Source of the DNA: a virus
DNA: 64,000 nucleotides
Direction: 5' to 3' (one strand)
IMG/VR virus record: IMGVR_UViG_3300042887_004758
Coordinates: 1 to 64,000 of that record
Made by a program: the position numbers and the translations under genes. Of the stretch, positions 26,060 to 36,458 are shown piece after piece (the stretch's first letter is position 1; every line of letters starts with the position of its first letter). The notes below the pieces were generated by a model that had not been told where the DNA came from, made no database searches, and saw only the letters and a list, made by a program, of their open reading frames with translations.

Positions 26060-27829
26060 ATGGGGTTAACAAGAGAACAGGTATTATTAGAATATGCCAA
26101 ATGTGTCAAAAGTCCTGAATATGCGTTAAAAACATATTTGAAAACTTATGATCAAACAGTTCAGGGGTTCGTACCCCTGAAGTTGTTTCCTGACCAAGTG
26201 AAATTGATTGAGGATTTTGAAAAGTTTGAAGAAAATATTGCGTTAAAATATAGACAGGCGGGAGTTTCCACTGTCACCGCAGCTTGGATTTCCAAAAAGT
26301 TGATCACAGCTCCGAAGGGAAAACCTGAAAAGATATTGATCATTGCCAACAAACTTGACACTGCCGTTGGTATGGCCGATAAAATCAGGTCTTTCCAAGA
26401 GCAATGGCCCGATTGGTTTGGCGTTAGTTTTTCATCGGAAAAAAACTCCCAACGTCACTTCAGATTGACAAATGGTTGTGAAGTAAAAGCGGTTGCAACA
26501 TCAAAAGACGCATTGAGAGGTTATACCCCAACTATCCTTGTATTTGACGAAGCAGCATATATTGAAGCGGATGATGATTTCTGGGCGGCTTGTATGGCCT
26601 CACTCTCAACGGGTGGTAAAGTTATAGTTATTTCAACTCCCAACGGATTTGATCAAATTTATTATTCAATTTACGATCAAGCTTTACGGGGTATGAATGA
26701 TTTTAAAATATCTGAAATGTATTGGTATAGAGATCCAAGATATACCAAAGACCTTTATTTAGTAAAAACCAAAGATATAGTTCATTATTTGTTAAATAAA
26801 GAAGAATATTCTGAAGAGGAACACGTAATTAGGTTGGATGGTGCGGGTTGGGATTTGGATCTTGAATTTGTTATTCAAAAAATCAATGAAGGTTATAAAC
26901 CTTGTTCTTCTTGGTTTGAAACTATGGTTAAGAAGTTGAAATACGATAGAAGAAAGGTGTCTCAAGAATTGGAGTGTAACTTTCTTGGTTCGGGTGACAA
27001 TGTCATTGACTCTGGAACTATGGAAAAAATCAAGAAAAATGATATTAAAGAACCCAAAGACAAGATGATGGGAGGGGCGTTATGGGTTTGGGAGGATCCA
27101 ATATTGGATCACAAATATATTATGGGTGTGGATGTGTCAAGAGGTGATTCAGAGGACTTTACAACCTTTAATATAGTTGATTTTGATACAAGAGAACAGG
27201 TTGTTGAATTTTTGGACAAAGTTCCACCTGATATTGCCGCTGAAATTGCCTTAAAATGGGCACAAAGATACAACGCATTTGTGGTTATTGACATCACGGG
27301 TGGTATGGGTGTATCAACGGCAAGGAAGATGCAAGAGCTGGGGTATAAAAACCTTTATATCGATGGTCAAGTATCGACTGACATATGGAAATATGATCCA
27401 AAAGCGCAAGAGAAAATACCGGGAATTAATTTCAATAACAAAAGGGTTCAGATTATTGCAACTTTTGAAGAATATATTAGACACGGTTTCAAAATCAGAT
27501 CATCAAGATTATATAATGAATTACTAACTTTTGTTTATATAAACGGAAGACCTGACCATATCAAAGGACAACATGACGACTTGATTATGTCTGTTGCTAT
27601 GGCTTTATATGTTGGGGAAAGTAGTTTTTCCAAACTTACAAAGGTGACCGAACAAGCAAAAGCAATGATTGATTCTTGGACGGTAAATGAAAGTGTAAAA
27701 TATAAAACTGACTTTATGAATCCGAGTGTTCCATCGTATTATGGTCAAACAAATAACGATTCCAATCGAAGTTATAATCAGAAAGACGTAGAGAAATATT
27801 TATGGCTCTTCGGAGGAATGAGAAGATAA
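26060..27829 (+). CDS. terminase large subunit (T4 gp17-like)
   Basis: KYRQAGVST, FDEAA, ISTPNG, GVDVSRG, HDDLIM. Confidence 0.92.
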   Translation: MGLTREQVLLEYAKCVKSPEYALKTYLKTYDQTVQGFVPLKLFPDQVKLIEDFEKFEENIALKYRQAGVSTVTAAWISKKLITAPKGKPEKILIIANKLDTAVGMADKIRSFQEQWPDWFGVSFSSEKNSQRHFRLTNGCEVKAVATSKDALRGYTPTILVFDEAAYIEADDDFWAACMASLSTGGKVIVISTPNGFDQIYYSIYDQALRGMNDFKISEMYWYRDPRYTKDLYLVKTKDIVHYLLNKEEYSEEEHVIRLDGAGWDLDLEFVIQKINEGYKPCSSWFETMVKKLKYDRRKVSQELECNFLGSGDNVIDSGTMEKIKKNDIKEPKDKMMGGALWVWEDPILDHKYIMGVDVSRGDSEDFTTFNIVDFDTREQVVEFLDKVPPDIAAEIALKWAQRYNAFVVIDITGGMGVSTARKMQELGYKNLYIDGQVSTDIWKYDPKAQEKIPGINFNNKRVQIIATFEEYIRHGFKIRSSRLYNELLTFVYINGRPDHIKGQHDDLIMSVAMALYVGESSFSKLTKVTEQAKAMIDSWTVNESVKYKTDFMNPSVPSYYGQTNNDSNRSYNQKDVEKYLWLFGGMRR

Positions 27830-27869
27830 TAATATTGTATTTATTGAAAAAACTACTATTTTAATTACT

Positions 27870-29738
27870 ATGGCACAAACTAATCAACAATATACAATTT
27901 GGCAACGACTTTCAAGGGTCTTTGGACCAGATTCCACATTGGATCAACAAGTTCCTCAATATAGGTTCGATAAAAAAGAAATTTTAAGAACCAAATCTAA
28001 AGGGGAATACGAAAAGGAAAAACTTCAAGCTCAACAGAGTTTGTATTTGGCAAACCAATGGTCAAAGGTTGAAAACAATCTTTACACACAAGCCGTATAT
28101 TATGAACCAACAAGGTTGGCTTCATATTATGATTATGAATCTATGGAGTTTACACCCGAAATATCCGCAGCTTTGGACATTTATGCTGAAGAATCAACAA
28201 CCCCAAATGAAAATGGATTTATACTTCAAATATATTCAGAATCCAATAGAATCAAAAGTATTTTGGCCGACTTGTTCAATAACAAGTTGGATATTAATAC
28301 CAACTTACCTATGTGGACAAGAAATACTTGTAAGTATGGTGATAATTTTCTCTATTTAAAGATAGATCCTGAACAAGGTGTTGTCGGAGCACAACAATTA
28401 CCAAATATTGAAATCGAAAGATTCGAGAGAGGTATGGTTGTTAATACCGTTGCAATGAATACCGGTGTTGAAAATACCCACTTAACTTTTACTTGGAAAA
28501 ATAAAAATATAGAATTCAATACGTGGGAGGTTGCTCACTTTAGACTTTTGGGTGACGACTCAAAATTACCCTATGGAACTTCTATGTTAGAAAAAGCAAG
28601 AAGAGTTTGGAAACAACTTCTTTTGTCGGAAGATGCGATGTTAATCTATAGAACATCAAGAGCACCTGAAAGAAGAGTTTTCAAAGTTTTTGTTGGAAAT
28701 ATGGATGATAAAGATGTTGAAGCCTATGTCCAAAGGGTTGCCAACAAATTCAAGAGAGACCAAATTGTGGATCCAAAGAATGGTAATGTGGATATGAGAT
28801 ATAATCAGATGGCCGTGGATCAGGATTATTTTATTCCTGTTCGTGATCCGAACGCACCAAATCCAATTGATACTTTACCTGGCGCTCAGAATCTGAGTGA
28901 AATTGCGGATATTGAATATATTCAAAAGAAATTATTGACCGCTTTAAGAATACCGAAAGCTTTCCTTGGATTTGAAGAAGTGGTTGGTGATGGTAAGAAT
29001 CTTTCTCTTTTGGATATTAGATTTTCAAGGACCATCAATAGAATTCAACAAGCGATGATTCAAGAATTAAATAAAATCGCGATTATTCATCTATATATCT
29101 TGGGATTTGAGGACGAACTTAATAACTTCACTTTGGGTCTAACCAATCCATCAACACAACAGGATATGTTGAAGATTGAACAACTTCAATCCAAAATCCA
29201 ACTCTACAGAGACGCAGTTACTGATCCTGGAAATGGTATTCAGGCGGTATCCGCTTCTTGGGCTAAGAAACATATTCTTGGGTTCAGTGATGAAGAAATT
29301 AAGTTGGATATACAACAACAAAGAATTGAAAAAGCTGTAGCTAAGGAACTTGAAGAAACTCCGAATGTAATTACCAAGACAGGTATATTTGACAATATTG
29401 ACAAGTTGTACGGTAATGGAAAACCAAAGGAGGGAGGTGAAGCAGGTGCAGGTGAGGCAACAACACCAGGTGGTGGAGAAACAACAAGTCCTGATTTAGG
29501 TGGTTTTGGTGAGGTAGGGGGTACAACCACAGTTCCTGAACCTGCGGCTGAAACAGGTGGTACTGAAACAGAGACTATACCTCCACCGGCTGAAGTAACT
29601 CCTGAATCCAAAGAAAAAGATGAAAATTTAATCCTTGAAGATAATATGTTAAACGGTGTTGTAGAACTCAATATCAACAAAGCTAAAAAATCTTTACAGG
29701 AGATTGATAAAAAACTAAACGAGTTACTAGGATCATAA
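27870..29738 (+). CDS. portal protein (T4 gp20-like)
   Basis: EDAMLIYRTSRAPERRVF, DYFIP.R, IDTLPG. Confidence 0.92.
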   Translation: MAQTNQQYTIWQRLSRVFGPDSTLDQQVPQYRFDKKEILRTKSKGEYEKEKLQAQQSLYLANQWSKVENNLYTQAVYYEPTRLASYYDYESMEFTPEISAALDIYAEESTTPNENGFILQIYSESNRIKSILADLFNNKLDINTNLPMWTRNTCKYGDNFLYLKIDPEQGVVGAQQLPNIEIERFERGMVVNTVAMNTGVENTHLTFTWKNKNIEFNTWEVAHFRLLGDDSKLPYGTSMLEKARRVWKQLLLSEDAMLIYRTSRAPERRVFKVFVGNMDDKDVEAYVQRVANKFKRDQIVDPKNGNVDMRYNQMAVDQDYFIPVRDPNAPNPIDTLPGAQNLSEIADIEYIQKKLLTALRIPKAFLGFEEVVGDGKNLSLLDIRFSRTINRIQQAMIQELNKIAIIHLYILGFEDELNNFTLGLTNPSTQQDMLKIEQLQSKIQLYRDAVTDPGNGIQAVSASWAKKHILGFSDEEIKLDIQQQRIEKAVAKELEETPNVITKTGIFDNIDKLYGNGKPKEGGEAGAGEATTPGGGETTSPDLGGFGEVGGTTTVPEPAAETGGTETETIPPPAEVTPESKEKDENLILEDNMLNGVVELNINKAKKSLQEIDKKLNELLGS

Positions 29739-29750
29739 TATTTATTTAGT

Positions 29751-30422
29751 ATGAAAACACTAGGAAGTTATATCACCCAACTCGAAAATGAATTGGTGGA
29801 AGGTTATAAAAAAGGAACCTTCAAAAGTTCATTTACCAAATTTAAGAATCAGGTTTTAAAAAATAAGAACTTAAAGGAGGCGACAAATATATATTACGAA
29901 TTGTCATCCAAAAAAGGATATGACAAGGAATTCAGTGAAATGTTCCTTAATGAATCTATCGATAGATTAAAAGAATTATATAAAAGAAAAGATATTCAAA
30001 AATATTTGTCTGAAGGATCCAACAATTACGAATCTATTGACAACTTGATTTTCTCAACAAACATAGAAAAAAAGGTTGAGACAAAACTTTCTCTGTTGGA
30101 AAATCTTCGAAAAAAGGATGAGGTAAACGAAACCATTTATCTTCCTTTATCTATGCAAGTAGACATTGCAAATTCCAAAATCAAACCAATCTTAGAAAGT
30201 CTTTCAGAGGAAGAACTTTCATTACTCAAAGAAATGAAGGAATTAACTGAAGGTGATTTAACAAACTTGATTGAAGAAACTAAATCTGAAATTGTTTCTG
30301 TATTTGAGAAAAATACTATAGAAGAAGGTAAATTGGATCAGTTGAAGTCAAAGTTGGGGTCTTATGATAAATCCCACCGTTCGTTGTTTGAACTCAGAAA
30401 ATTCTTGAACGAGATAGTTTAA
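29751..30422 (+). CDS. hypothetical head-module protein
   Basis: ORF after portal; TATTTAT upstream. Confidence 0.7.
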   Translation: MKTLGSYITQLENELVEGYKKGTFKSSFTKFKNQVLKNKNLKEATNIYYELSSKKGYDKEFSEMFLNESIDRLKELYKRKDIQKYLSEGSNNYESIDNLIFSTNIEKKVETKLSLLENLRKKDEVNETIYLPLSMQVDIANSKIKPILESLSEEELSLLKEMKELTEGDLTNLIEETKSEIVSVFEKNTIEEGKLDQLKSKLGSYDKSHRSLFELRKFLNEIV

Positions 30423-30604
30423 TCCTTTTTAAACTTGTCGTTCACATAGATGGCCTTATTCATCTTTTCTCTGTTTTTCACTGAATCTTTAATATATTCT
30501 TTATTTTCCCACAGTTTTTTGTGAACTTGGGTCTTATAAACTTTATATTTATAAGTTTTCAGAGCGGCCTCTATATTTTTTTTATTTACCTCTACTATTA
30601 TCAT
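30419..30604 (-). CDS. rpsU: ribosomal protein bS21
   Basis: MIIVEV...NIEAALK.YK.KV......L...KEY.K.SV..R....KA.Y; start reset to 30604. Confidence 0.8.
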   Translation of the reverse strand: MIIVEVNKKNIEAALKTYKYKVYKTQVHKKLWENKEYIKDSVKNREKMNKAIYVNDKFKKD

Positions 30605-30714
30605 AAGTTGTATTTGTAACGATAAATACAAACGAATTTACGAAATTTTGACAATAACCCTTATTTTTATTATGTTTTTCAAAAAATAAACGTTTTTACA
30701 TATGAAGGGATTTT

Positions 30715-31167
30715 ATGAAGAAGGGAAAATCAATAAAAATTAATGGATTTAAAGATTTCAAAATAAATTATGGTACGGTAGATTTCAAATCTATGAAATC
30801 AATTTATTTGGTCATTCAGGCGTGGGTGGAACCAATAACAGATCTTGAATCGTGGTCATCGGTGGTCAATACATTAAGAAGGGACATAAAACACAAATTA
30901 TTGGATTCAATAGATCTGAATATATTCAACGGAAGAACAATAGTTGATCTTGATCTCAGAACCTCAGGAATTCAGGAAGGGAAGAGGAGTTTTATGAATT
31001 TGGAAATCACATTATTTTTGGATGAATATATTGATTTCAAATCAGAACAATTAAAAAAATCATTAACAACAATCTGTAAATATATTACAAAAAATAGTTT
31101 CAAATCCAACAGGTATTTCTCATTTCATCTTTCAAAGATGGAAACACCCGTAAAATTGTTGGCGTGA
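30715..31167 (+). CDS. hypothetical protein
   Basis: 150-aa ORF. Confidence 0.7.
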   Translation: MKKGKSIKINGFKDFKINYGTVDFKSMKSIYLVIQAWVEPITDLESWSSVVNTLRRDIKHKLLDSIDLNIFNGRTIVDLDLRTSGIQEGKRSFMNLEITLFLDEYIDFKSEQLKKSLTTICKYITKNSFKSNRYFSFHLSKMETPVKLLA

Positions 31168-31182
31168 ATTATATTTATTTAT

Positions 31183-32028
31183 ATGATTGAAAAATTTATT
31201 GAGTTATCACAAGAAACCGATAAAAGTCTCGTAGAATTTATCGAGGCTTTTTTCGGTGGTAATATTGAAGTTTTTTATAAAAAAATTAAATCGAGTGGTG
31301 ATTCAATTCCTGCCTCTATTTTACTTGATCTATATCACCAATATCCAGCATCAACTTTAAAATATGTTTCATCTGTCGGTGATCAGGAACTTAATGAACT
31401 TATATTTGAGGTGTTAATTGATCATAGTAGGGGTTTATCAAAGGATGGTGATGAATATTTCTATCGTATTGATAAGTTAAGAGATTTTGAGATATTCTTT
31501 GATCGTGAGACAAAAGAAGATAGATGGTTAACACAAGGGTTTTGGGACATAGATTGTTATGATTATTGGAATGATGTAATATCTTCTGAAAACAAAAAAA
31601 ATATTAAGAATTTTTCGGATTATGAAAAATCTATAATTTGTATATTCATAGAAACAGCAATTAAAATTTCAATAAAAGATAAAATAAATTCCAAAATATT
31701 TCAGACAATCAGTGATTATTTGGGATACCCCGATGGATCGGGTGTTCGTGAAGATGGAAATGGATATATTTTAAATGTCACCAAAATGATTTCTCAATTG
31801 GCTGAGGACACAAAAGAGTTAATCGAAAATGGTGAAGTTGACAATTCAACACAGCTTGCTTGGGACAACGGAATGTTTTATTTAATACGTTTTACTGTCT
31901 CTATTGAGGTTGAATTCGGTTCATTAGTTGACGAAAACTCGATAAGAAAAGTCTCAAAAGACATTAATAATTATATTACAACATATTTATCTAGTAAAAA
32001 AAATGAAAGAACAACTAAGAGTACTTGA
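31183..32028 (+). CDS. hypothetical protein
   Basis: 281-aa ORF, TATTTAT upstream. Confidence 0.65.
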   Translation: MIEKFIELSQETDKSLVEFIEAFFGGNIEVFYKKIKSSGDSIPASILLDLYHQYPASTLKYVSSVGDQELNELIFEVLIDHSRGLSKDGDEYFYRIDKLRDFEIFFDRETKEDRWLTQGFWDIDCYDYWNDVISSENKKNIKNFSDYEKSIICIFIETAIKISIKDKINSKIFQTISDYLGYPDGSGVREDGNGYILNVTKMISQLAEDTKELIENGEVDNSTQLAWDNGMFYLIRFTVSIEVEFGSLVDENSIRKVSKDINNYITTYLSSKKNERTTKST

Positions 32029-32731
32029 GGCTCACGAAACCGGTAAAGGTATTTTGGTGGAGCACGATGCGGGATATATCTCACCAAATCATCCTGAAAA
32101 CGAAAAGGTTATCATGGAATCCAAGTCAATGAGAGATCATTCCAAACCATTTATATTCTATGCTGTTCTTCAAAAGTTTGATACTCCAAATAGAAACGGA
32201 AGATTATATCCCGAAAAAATATTAAAAAGAGAAGCCGAAAATTATAAGAGAATGATCCAAAAGGGAACTTCCCTTTCAGAGTTGAATCACCCCGAATCAT
32301 CTATTGTAGATTTGGAAAGAGTTTCACACATTATTGATGATGTATGGTGGGACGGAAATACCTTGATGGGTAAACTCAGACTTCTAACCTCACCAGCGTT
32401 TCACGAAACAGGTATTGTTTCTACACCTGGTGATATTGCTGCAAACCTTATGAGACAAGGATGTACAATGGGTATATCTTCAAGAGGGGTGGGGACTCTA
32501 AAAAAGAAGGGAGAACAAAATGAAGTACAAGACGATTTTGAACTTATCTGTTTTGACTTAGTTAGTTCACCATCAACACCAGGAGCATATCTTTTTGACA
32601 AACCTGAAGATAAATTCAACTTTGAAGAAAACATAGAAGAAGAAAGAAATTTAAGAAAACCTGAATCTGAAAAAGGATTGGGTAAGTCTCTTGATTTAAT
32701 GAACAAACTTTCCGATTTTTTGGGAAGATAA
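32003..32731 (+). CDS. prohead protease (T4 gp21-like)
   Basis: NRNGRLYP, ELNHP, VSH, GISSRGVG, FDLVSSPS. Confidence 0.92.
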   Translation: MKEQLRVLEAHETGKGILVEHDAGYISPNHPENEKVIMESKSMRDHSKPFIFYAVLQKFDTPNRNGRLYPEKILKREAENYKRMIQKGTSLSELNHPESSIVDLERVSHIIDDVWWDGNTLMGKLRLLTSPAFHETGIVSTPGDIAANLMRQGCTMGISSRGVGTLKKKGEQNEVQDDFELICFDLVSSPSTPGAYLFDKPEDKFNFEENIEEERNLRKPESEKGLGKSLDLMNKLSDFLGR

Positions 32732-32741
32732 ATAATTAATT

Positions 32742-32954
32742 ATGGACGAAAAATATTTCATTGCAAAAATCCAATTTGAAACAGTAGATATTCAAACTGG
32801 TAAAACCAAAAAAACAAGAGAGGAGAAATTGGTGAGGGGTTTTAGTGTAACCGATGTTGAAGCAAAAGTTACAAAGATTTTTGAAAGGTACACTGAAGAT
32901 TGGAGAATCACAAGTGTAATAGAAAGTAAAATCAACGAAGTAATTGAAAAATAA
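32742..32954 (+). CDS. small conserved-looking protein (DUF4494-like)
   Basis: K..RE..LV.GFSVTDVEAKV...I.SV.ESKI.EV. Confidence 0.6.
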   Translation: MDEKYFIAKIQFETVDIQTGKTKKTREEKLVRGFSVTDVEAKVTKIFERYTEDWRITSVIESKINEVIEK

Positions 32955-32981
32955 AAGAGGGGTCATTTGACCCCTCTTTTT
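32953..32981 (+). terminator. intrinsic terminator
   Basis: AAAAGAGGGGTCA-TT-TGACCCCTCTTTT. Confidence 0.8.
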
Positions 32982-33068
32982 ATTTAATTTCATTAATATA
33001 CAAAAAATGTTAGATTTTTCTATAGAAGGGTATATTTATTTAGAAAAATAAATCTACTTAAATAGAAA

Positions 33069-34322
33069 ATGAGCAAAAAAGAAATTCTATTAGACGATAC
33101 ACTCTTACAGTTGAAGAACTTAGAAGAGTCTATTGCAAAAAACACAAAAGGAATACTTGCTTCAGTAATGAAGGAAGAAATCAAGTCTTTAGTAAAAGAA
33201 TCTTTAGGTGGTGACACCGATGAGATTAAAGAACAAGGTGAGGAAGATGAACTCGATCTTGAACTCGACACCGAGATGGGTGATGAGGGAGAAGAAGAGG
33301 AAGTTGAACTCGACCTTGATGATGAAGAGGAAATGGACGTTGACCTTCCTGCTGAATTCGGAGACGAGGACTTGGAATCTATGGATGACGAGGAACTCGA
33401 AATGGATTTTGAAGACGAAATGGAAGACGAAGATTTAATCGACATCACAAACATGAGTGATGAAGAACTCGTAAAGGTTTTCAAATTGATGGGTGATCAA
33501 GATGGAGTTATCGTTCAAAAGGAAGATGACGAAATTCACTTGAAAGATGAAAATGCAGATGTAGAATATGAAATTCAATTGGAAGGTGAAGATCACGAAT
33601 TGGAGGAAATGATGGACATGGAGGAAATGATCGACATGGATGAACTCGAAGAAGAAATGGAAGTTTCTGAAATGGAGGACATGGAAGTTTCTGAAATGGA
33701 GGACATGGACGAAGAGGAAGTGATGTACGAAATTGAGTTTGACGAAGAAGAAGAAGACGAAGAAGAAGAGGAAGAAGTTGAGTTAGAAGAAACATACGAA
33801 GAGGCTCACGAAGGTGAGGCACACAAAGAAGAAGCCAAGGAAGCGGCTAGAACCTTGGGTAATGGAAAGGCTTTTGGTAGAAAAGGTTTACCAAAACCAA
33901 GATCAGCACCTTATCATTTGAAAGTAGAATCTTATGAAAAACAAATAAGTCTACTCAAAGAAAAGAATGAAGAGTACAAAAAGGCTCTTGACCTTTTCAG
34001 AACTAAATTAAACGAGGTTGCGATTTTCAACTCAAATTTAGCTTACGCTACCAGATTGTTCACTGAACATTCTACAACCAAACAGGAGAAAATCAATATT
34101 CTTAAAAGATTTGACAACGTAGAGACATTAAAAGAATCAAAAAATCTCTATAAGTCAATCAAGAATGAATTGGTTTCCTCTACAAATGTTGTAACCGAAT
34201 CTGTGGTAAACAAAGTTCAAAAAACACCACAAAAAGGTTCAACAAACTTAGTTGAATCTAAAACATACGAGAACGCTCAGTTCTTGAGAATGAAAGATTT
34301 AATGAACAAAATAAACAAATAA
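33069..34322 (+). CDS. prohead core/scaffold protein
   Basis: Very acidic coiled-coil protein between protease and capsid genes. Confidence 0.8.
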   Translation: MSKKEILLDDTLLQLKNLEESIAKNTKGILASVMKEEIKSLVKESLGGDTDEIKEQGEEDELDLELDTEMGDEGEEEEVELDLDDEEEMDVDLPAEFGDEDLESMDDEELEMDFEDEMEDEDLIDITNMSDEELVKVFKLMGDQDGVIVQKEDDEIHLKDENADVEYEIQLEGEDHELEEMMDMEEMIDMDELEEEMEVSEMEDMEVSEMEDMDEEEVMYEIEFDEEEEDEEEEEEVELEETYEEAHEGEAHKEEAKEAARTLGNGKAFGRKGLPKPRSAPYHLKVESYEKQISLLKEKNEEYKKALDLFRTKLNEVAIFNSNLAYATRLFTEHSTTKQEKINILKRFDNVETLKESKNLYKSIKNELVSSTNVVTESVVNKVQKTPQKGSTNLVESKTYENAQFLRMKDLMNKINK

Positions 34323-34343
34323 ACTAAACAAAAAAAAATTAAT

Positions 34344-36146
34344 ATGGGAGCATTATTAGAAAGTGGTTTAGTTGGTAACATCGGTCTTAAGCACCTTAAA
34401 GTTATCAAAGAAGACACTATAAACAAATGGGACAAACTTGGTTTCTTGGAAGGATTGGGCGGACACTTAAAAGAAAACATGGCTCAACTTTATGAGAACC
34501 AAGCGTCACACTTAATCAACGAAGCGGCATCAACAGATTCTTCAGGTTCATTTGAGACTGTTGTATTCCCTATCATCAGAAGAGTTTTCTCAAAACTTTT
34601 GGCTAATGATATCGTTTCTGTTCAGGCGATGAACTTACCTATCGGTAAACTTTTCTACTTCGTACCTAAGATTCAAGCTTATGATACAGGAAATGCACAT
34701 TATCCACCGGTTGGTTCACCTGAAGCGGTTGCAAACGGGGATAATAATCCAAACCAAGGATATTCAACAGGTAAAAACCTTTATGATAGATTCTATGAGG
34801 GTAATGAAGCAACTTTGGACCCTCCTGGTTTGTTCGACTACTCAAAAGGAAGATATTCTTCAATTACTTCAACTGACGTTGTTACACAAGTTTGGAGTAG
34901 TGGTGATTTGATTGCATCAGGTTATGGTGCTGGTGAATACAGAAAAGTTCTCCTTACATTATCAGGATTTAGTAACGGTGGTTTTGGTAAATTACTCGGA
35001 CCTGACGGTAATATGGTTGATAGTGAGACTTTCCTTTCGGATTTGACTGTAAAAGCAACAACTATAGCTGGAGGTGCATTCTCAGGTGCTGGTAGTGGTA
35101 ACTTACTCTTTAGAGTTGTGACTCAAAAATACGGAAAAGGAATTGTTCAATATGGATCACAAGAAACTGTAGCTTTCGGACAAAGCAATACAGGTAATGG
35201 TGGAACTTTTGACAATATTTGTGATGCGAATGGTAAAATTTACTTAGAAGTTGACCTTCAGGTTCCTTGTTCCATAGGTGCAAATTCATTGGATGGTTAC
35301 TCAGGTTTAACTACTACCTTTGCAGGTACTTCAATTGCGGGATCCCAATTCTACTGTACTTACAGAATTTATGAAGAACTCGAATTCGAAGATAAGATTG
35401 GTGAAGTTTCATTTGATCTTGAGTCTGTGACTGTTTCTGTTTCAGAAAGAAAGTTGAGAGCTCAATGGTCTCCTGAACTTGCTCAAGACGTTGCTGCGTT
35501 CCACAACATCGACGCTGAGGCTGAATTGACAGCGTTGTTATCAGAACAGGTCGCGGCAGAAATCGACAGAGAAATCTTGAGAGATTTGAGAAAAGGTGCG
35601 GCATGGCAGTTAAGATGGGACTACAACGGTTGGAAGAGAGGTACATCATCTAACCCATTAACCCAGTACACACAGAAGGATTGGAACCAAACATTGATCA
35701 CTGCGATCAACCAACTTTCTGCACAAATCCACAAATCAACATTGAGAGGTGGTGCGAACTGGATCGTTGTTTCATCCGAAGTTTCAGCTATTTTTGATGA
35801 CTTGGAATACTTCCACGTTTCAAACGCAGCTCCTGAACAGGATCAATACAACATGGGTATTGAAAGAGTTGGTACATTATCTGGTAGATACCAGGTTTAC
35901 CGTGACCCATACTTCCCACCAAACCAAATCTTGATTGGTCATAAGGGAACGTCATTACTTGACACAGGTTACGTTTACGCACCATATGTACCTCTCCAAT
36001 TGACACCAACAATGTATAACCCATTCAACTTCACCCCAATCAAGGGTATCATGACCAGATACGCTAAGAAGATGGTGAACAACAGATTCTACGGTAGAAT
36101 CACTGTTGATGGTGTTAGAACATTCGACCTCAACGAATTGAGATAA
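34344..36146 (+). CDS. major capsid protein (T4 gp23-like)
   Basis: VQAMNLP.G, RKLRAQWSPELAQD, EIDREI, YAPYVPL, KGIMTRY. Confidence 0.95.
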   Translation: MGALLESGLVGNIGLKHLKVIKEDTINKWDKLGFLEGLGGHLKENMAQLYENQASHLINEAASTDSSGSFETVVFPIIRRVFSKLLANDIVSVQAMNLPIGKLFYFVPKIQAYDTGNAHYPPVGSPEAVANGDNNPNQGYSTGKNLYDRFYEGNEATLDPPGLFDYSKGRYSSITSTDVVTQVWSSGDLIASGYGAGEYRKVLLTLSGFSNGGFGKLLGPDGNMVDSETFLSDLTVKATTIAGGAFSGAGSGNLLFRVVTQKYGKGIVQYGSQETVAFGQSNTGNGGTFDNICDANGKIYLEVDLQVPCSIGANSLDGYSGLTTTFAGTSIAGSQFYCTYRIYEELEFEDKIGEVSFDLESVTVSVSERKLRAQWSPELAQDVAAFHNIDAEAELTALLSEQVAAEIDREILRDLRKGAAWQLRWDYNGWKRGTSSNPLTQYTQKDWNQTLITAINQLSAQIHKSTLRGGANWIVVSSEVSAIFDDLEYFHVSNAAPEQDQYNMGIERVGTLSGRYQVYRDPYFPPNQILIGHKGTSLLDTGYVYAPYVPLQLTPTMYNPFNFTPIKGIMTRYAKKMVNNRFYGRITVDGVRTFDLNELR

Positions 36147-36164
36147 TCAATTTAGAACACAAAG

Positions 36165-36192
36165 AAAAAGGGAACTTCGGTTCCCTTTTTTT
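36165..36192. terminator. bidirectional terminator after capsid gene
   Basis: AAAAAGGGAAC-TTCG-GTTCCCTTTTTT. Confidence 0.9.
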
Positions 36193-36430
36193 ATTCCTCA
36201 GAATTTCTGATTTTTCTTATAGATTTACTTATAATTTCAGCTTCTTCCAAACTTAGAATACCCTTCCCTTGTGCGTATTCACAGCACCACATCAAACAGA
36301 ACATGGATTGTTCTACTGTAAGATTATCTATAAATTTGTTCAAATCATCAACTGTGTAATAATTCAGAGTATTGAATAAAATACCGAGTGGTTTTTGTTC
36401 TTCTTCATTTTCCATAGGTAAAAAATACAA
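36191..36430 (-). CDS. hypothetical protein
   Basis: 79-aa ORF (start may be 36415). Confidence 0.6.
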   Translation of the reverse strand: MYFLPMENEEEQKPLGILFNTLNYYTVDDLNKFIDNLTVEQSMFCLMWCCEYAQGKGILSLEEAEIISKSIRKIRNSEE

Positions 36431-36458
36431 TTTTCCGATATATTTATCAATAAAAAAG

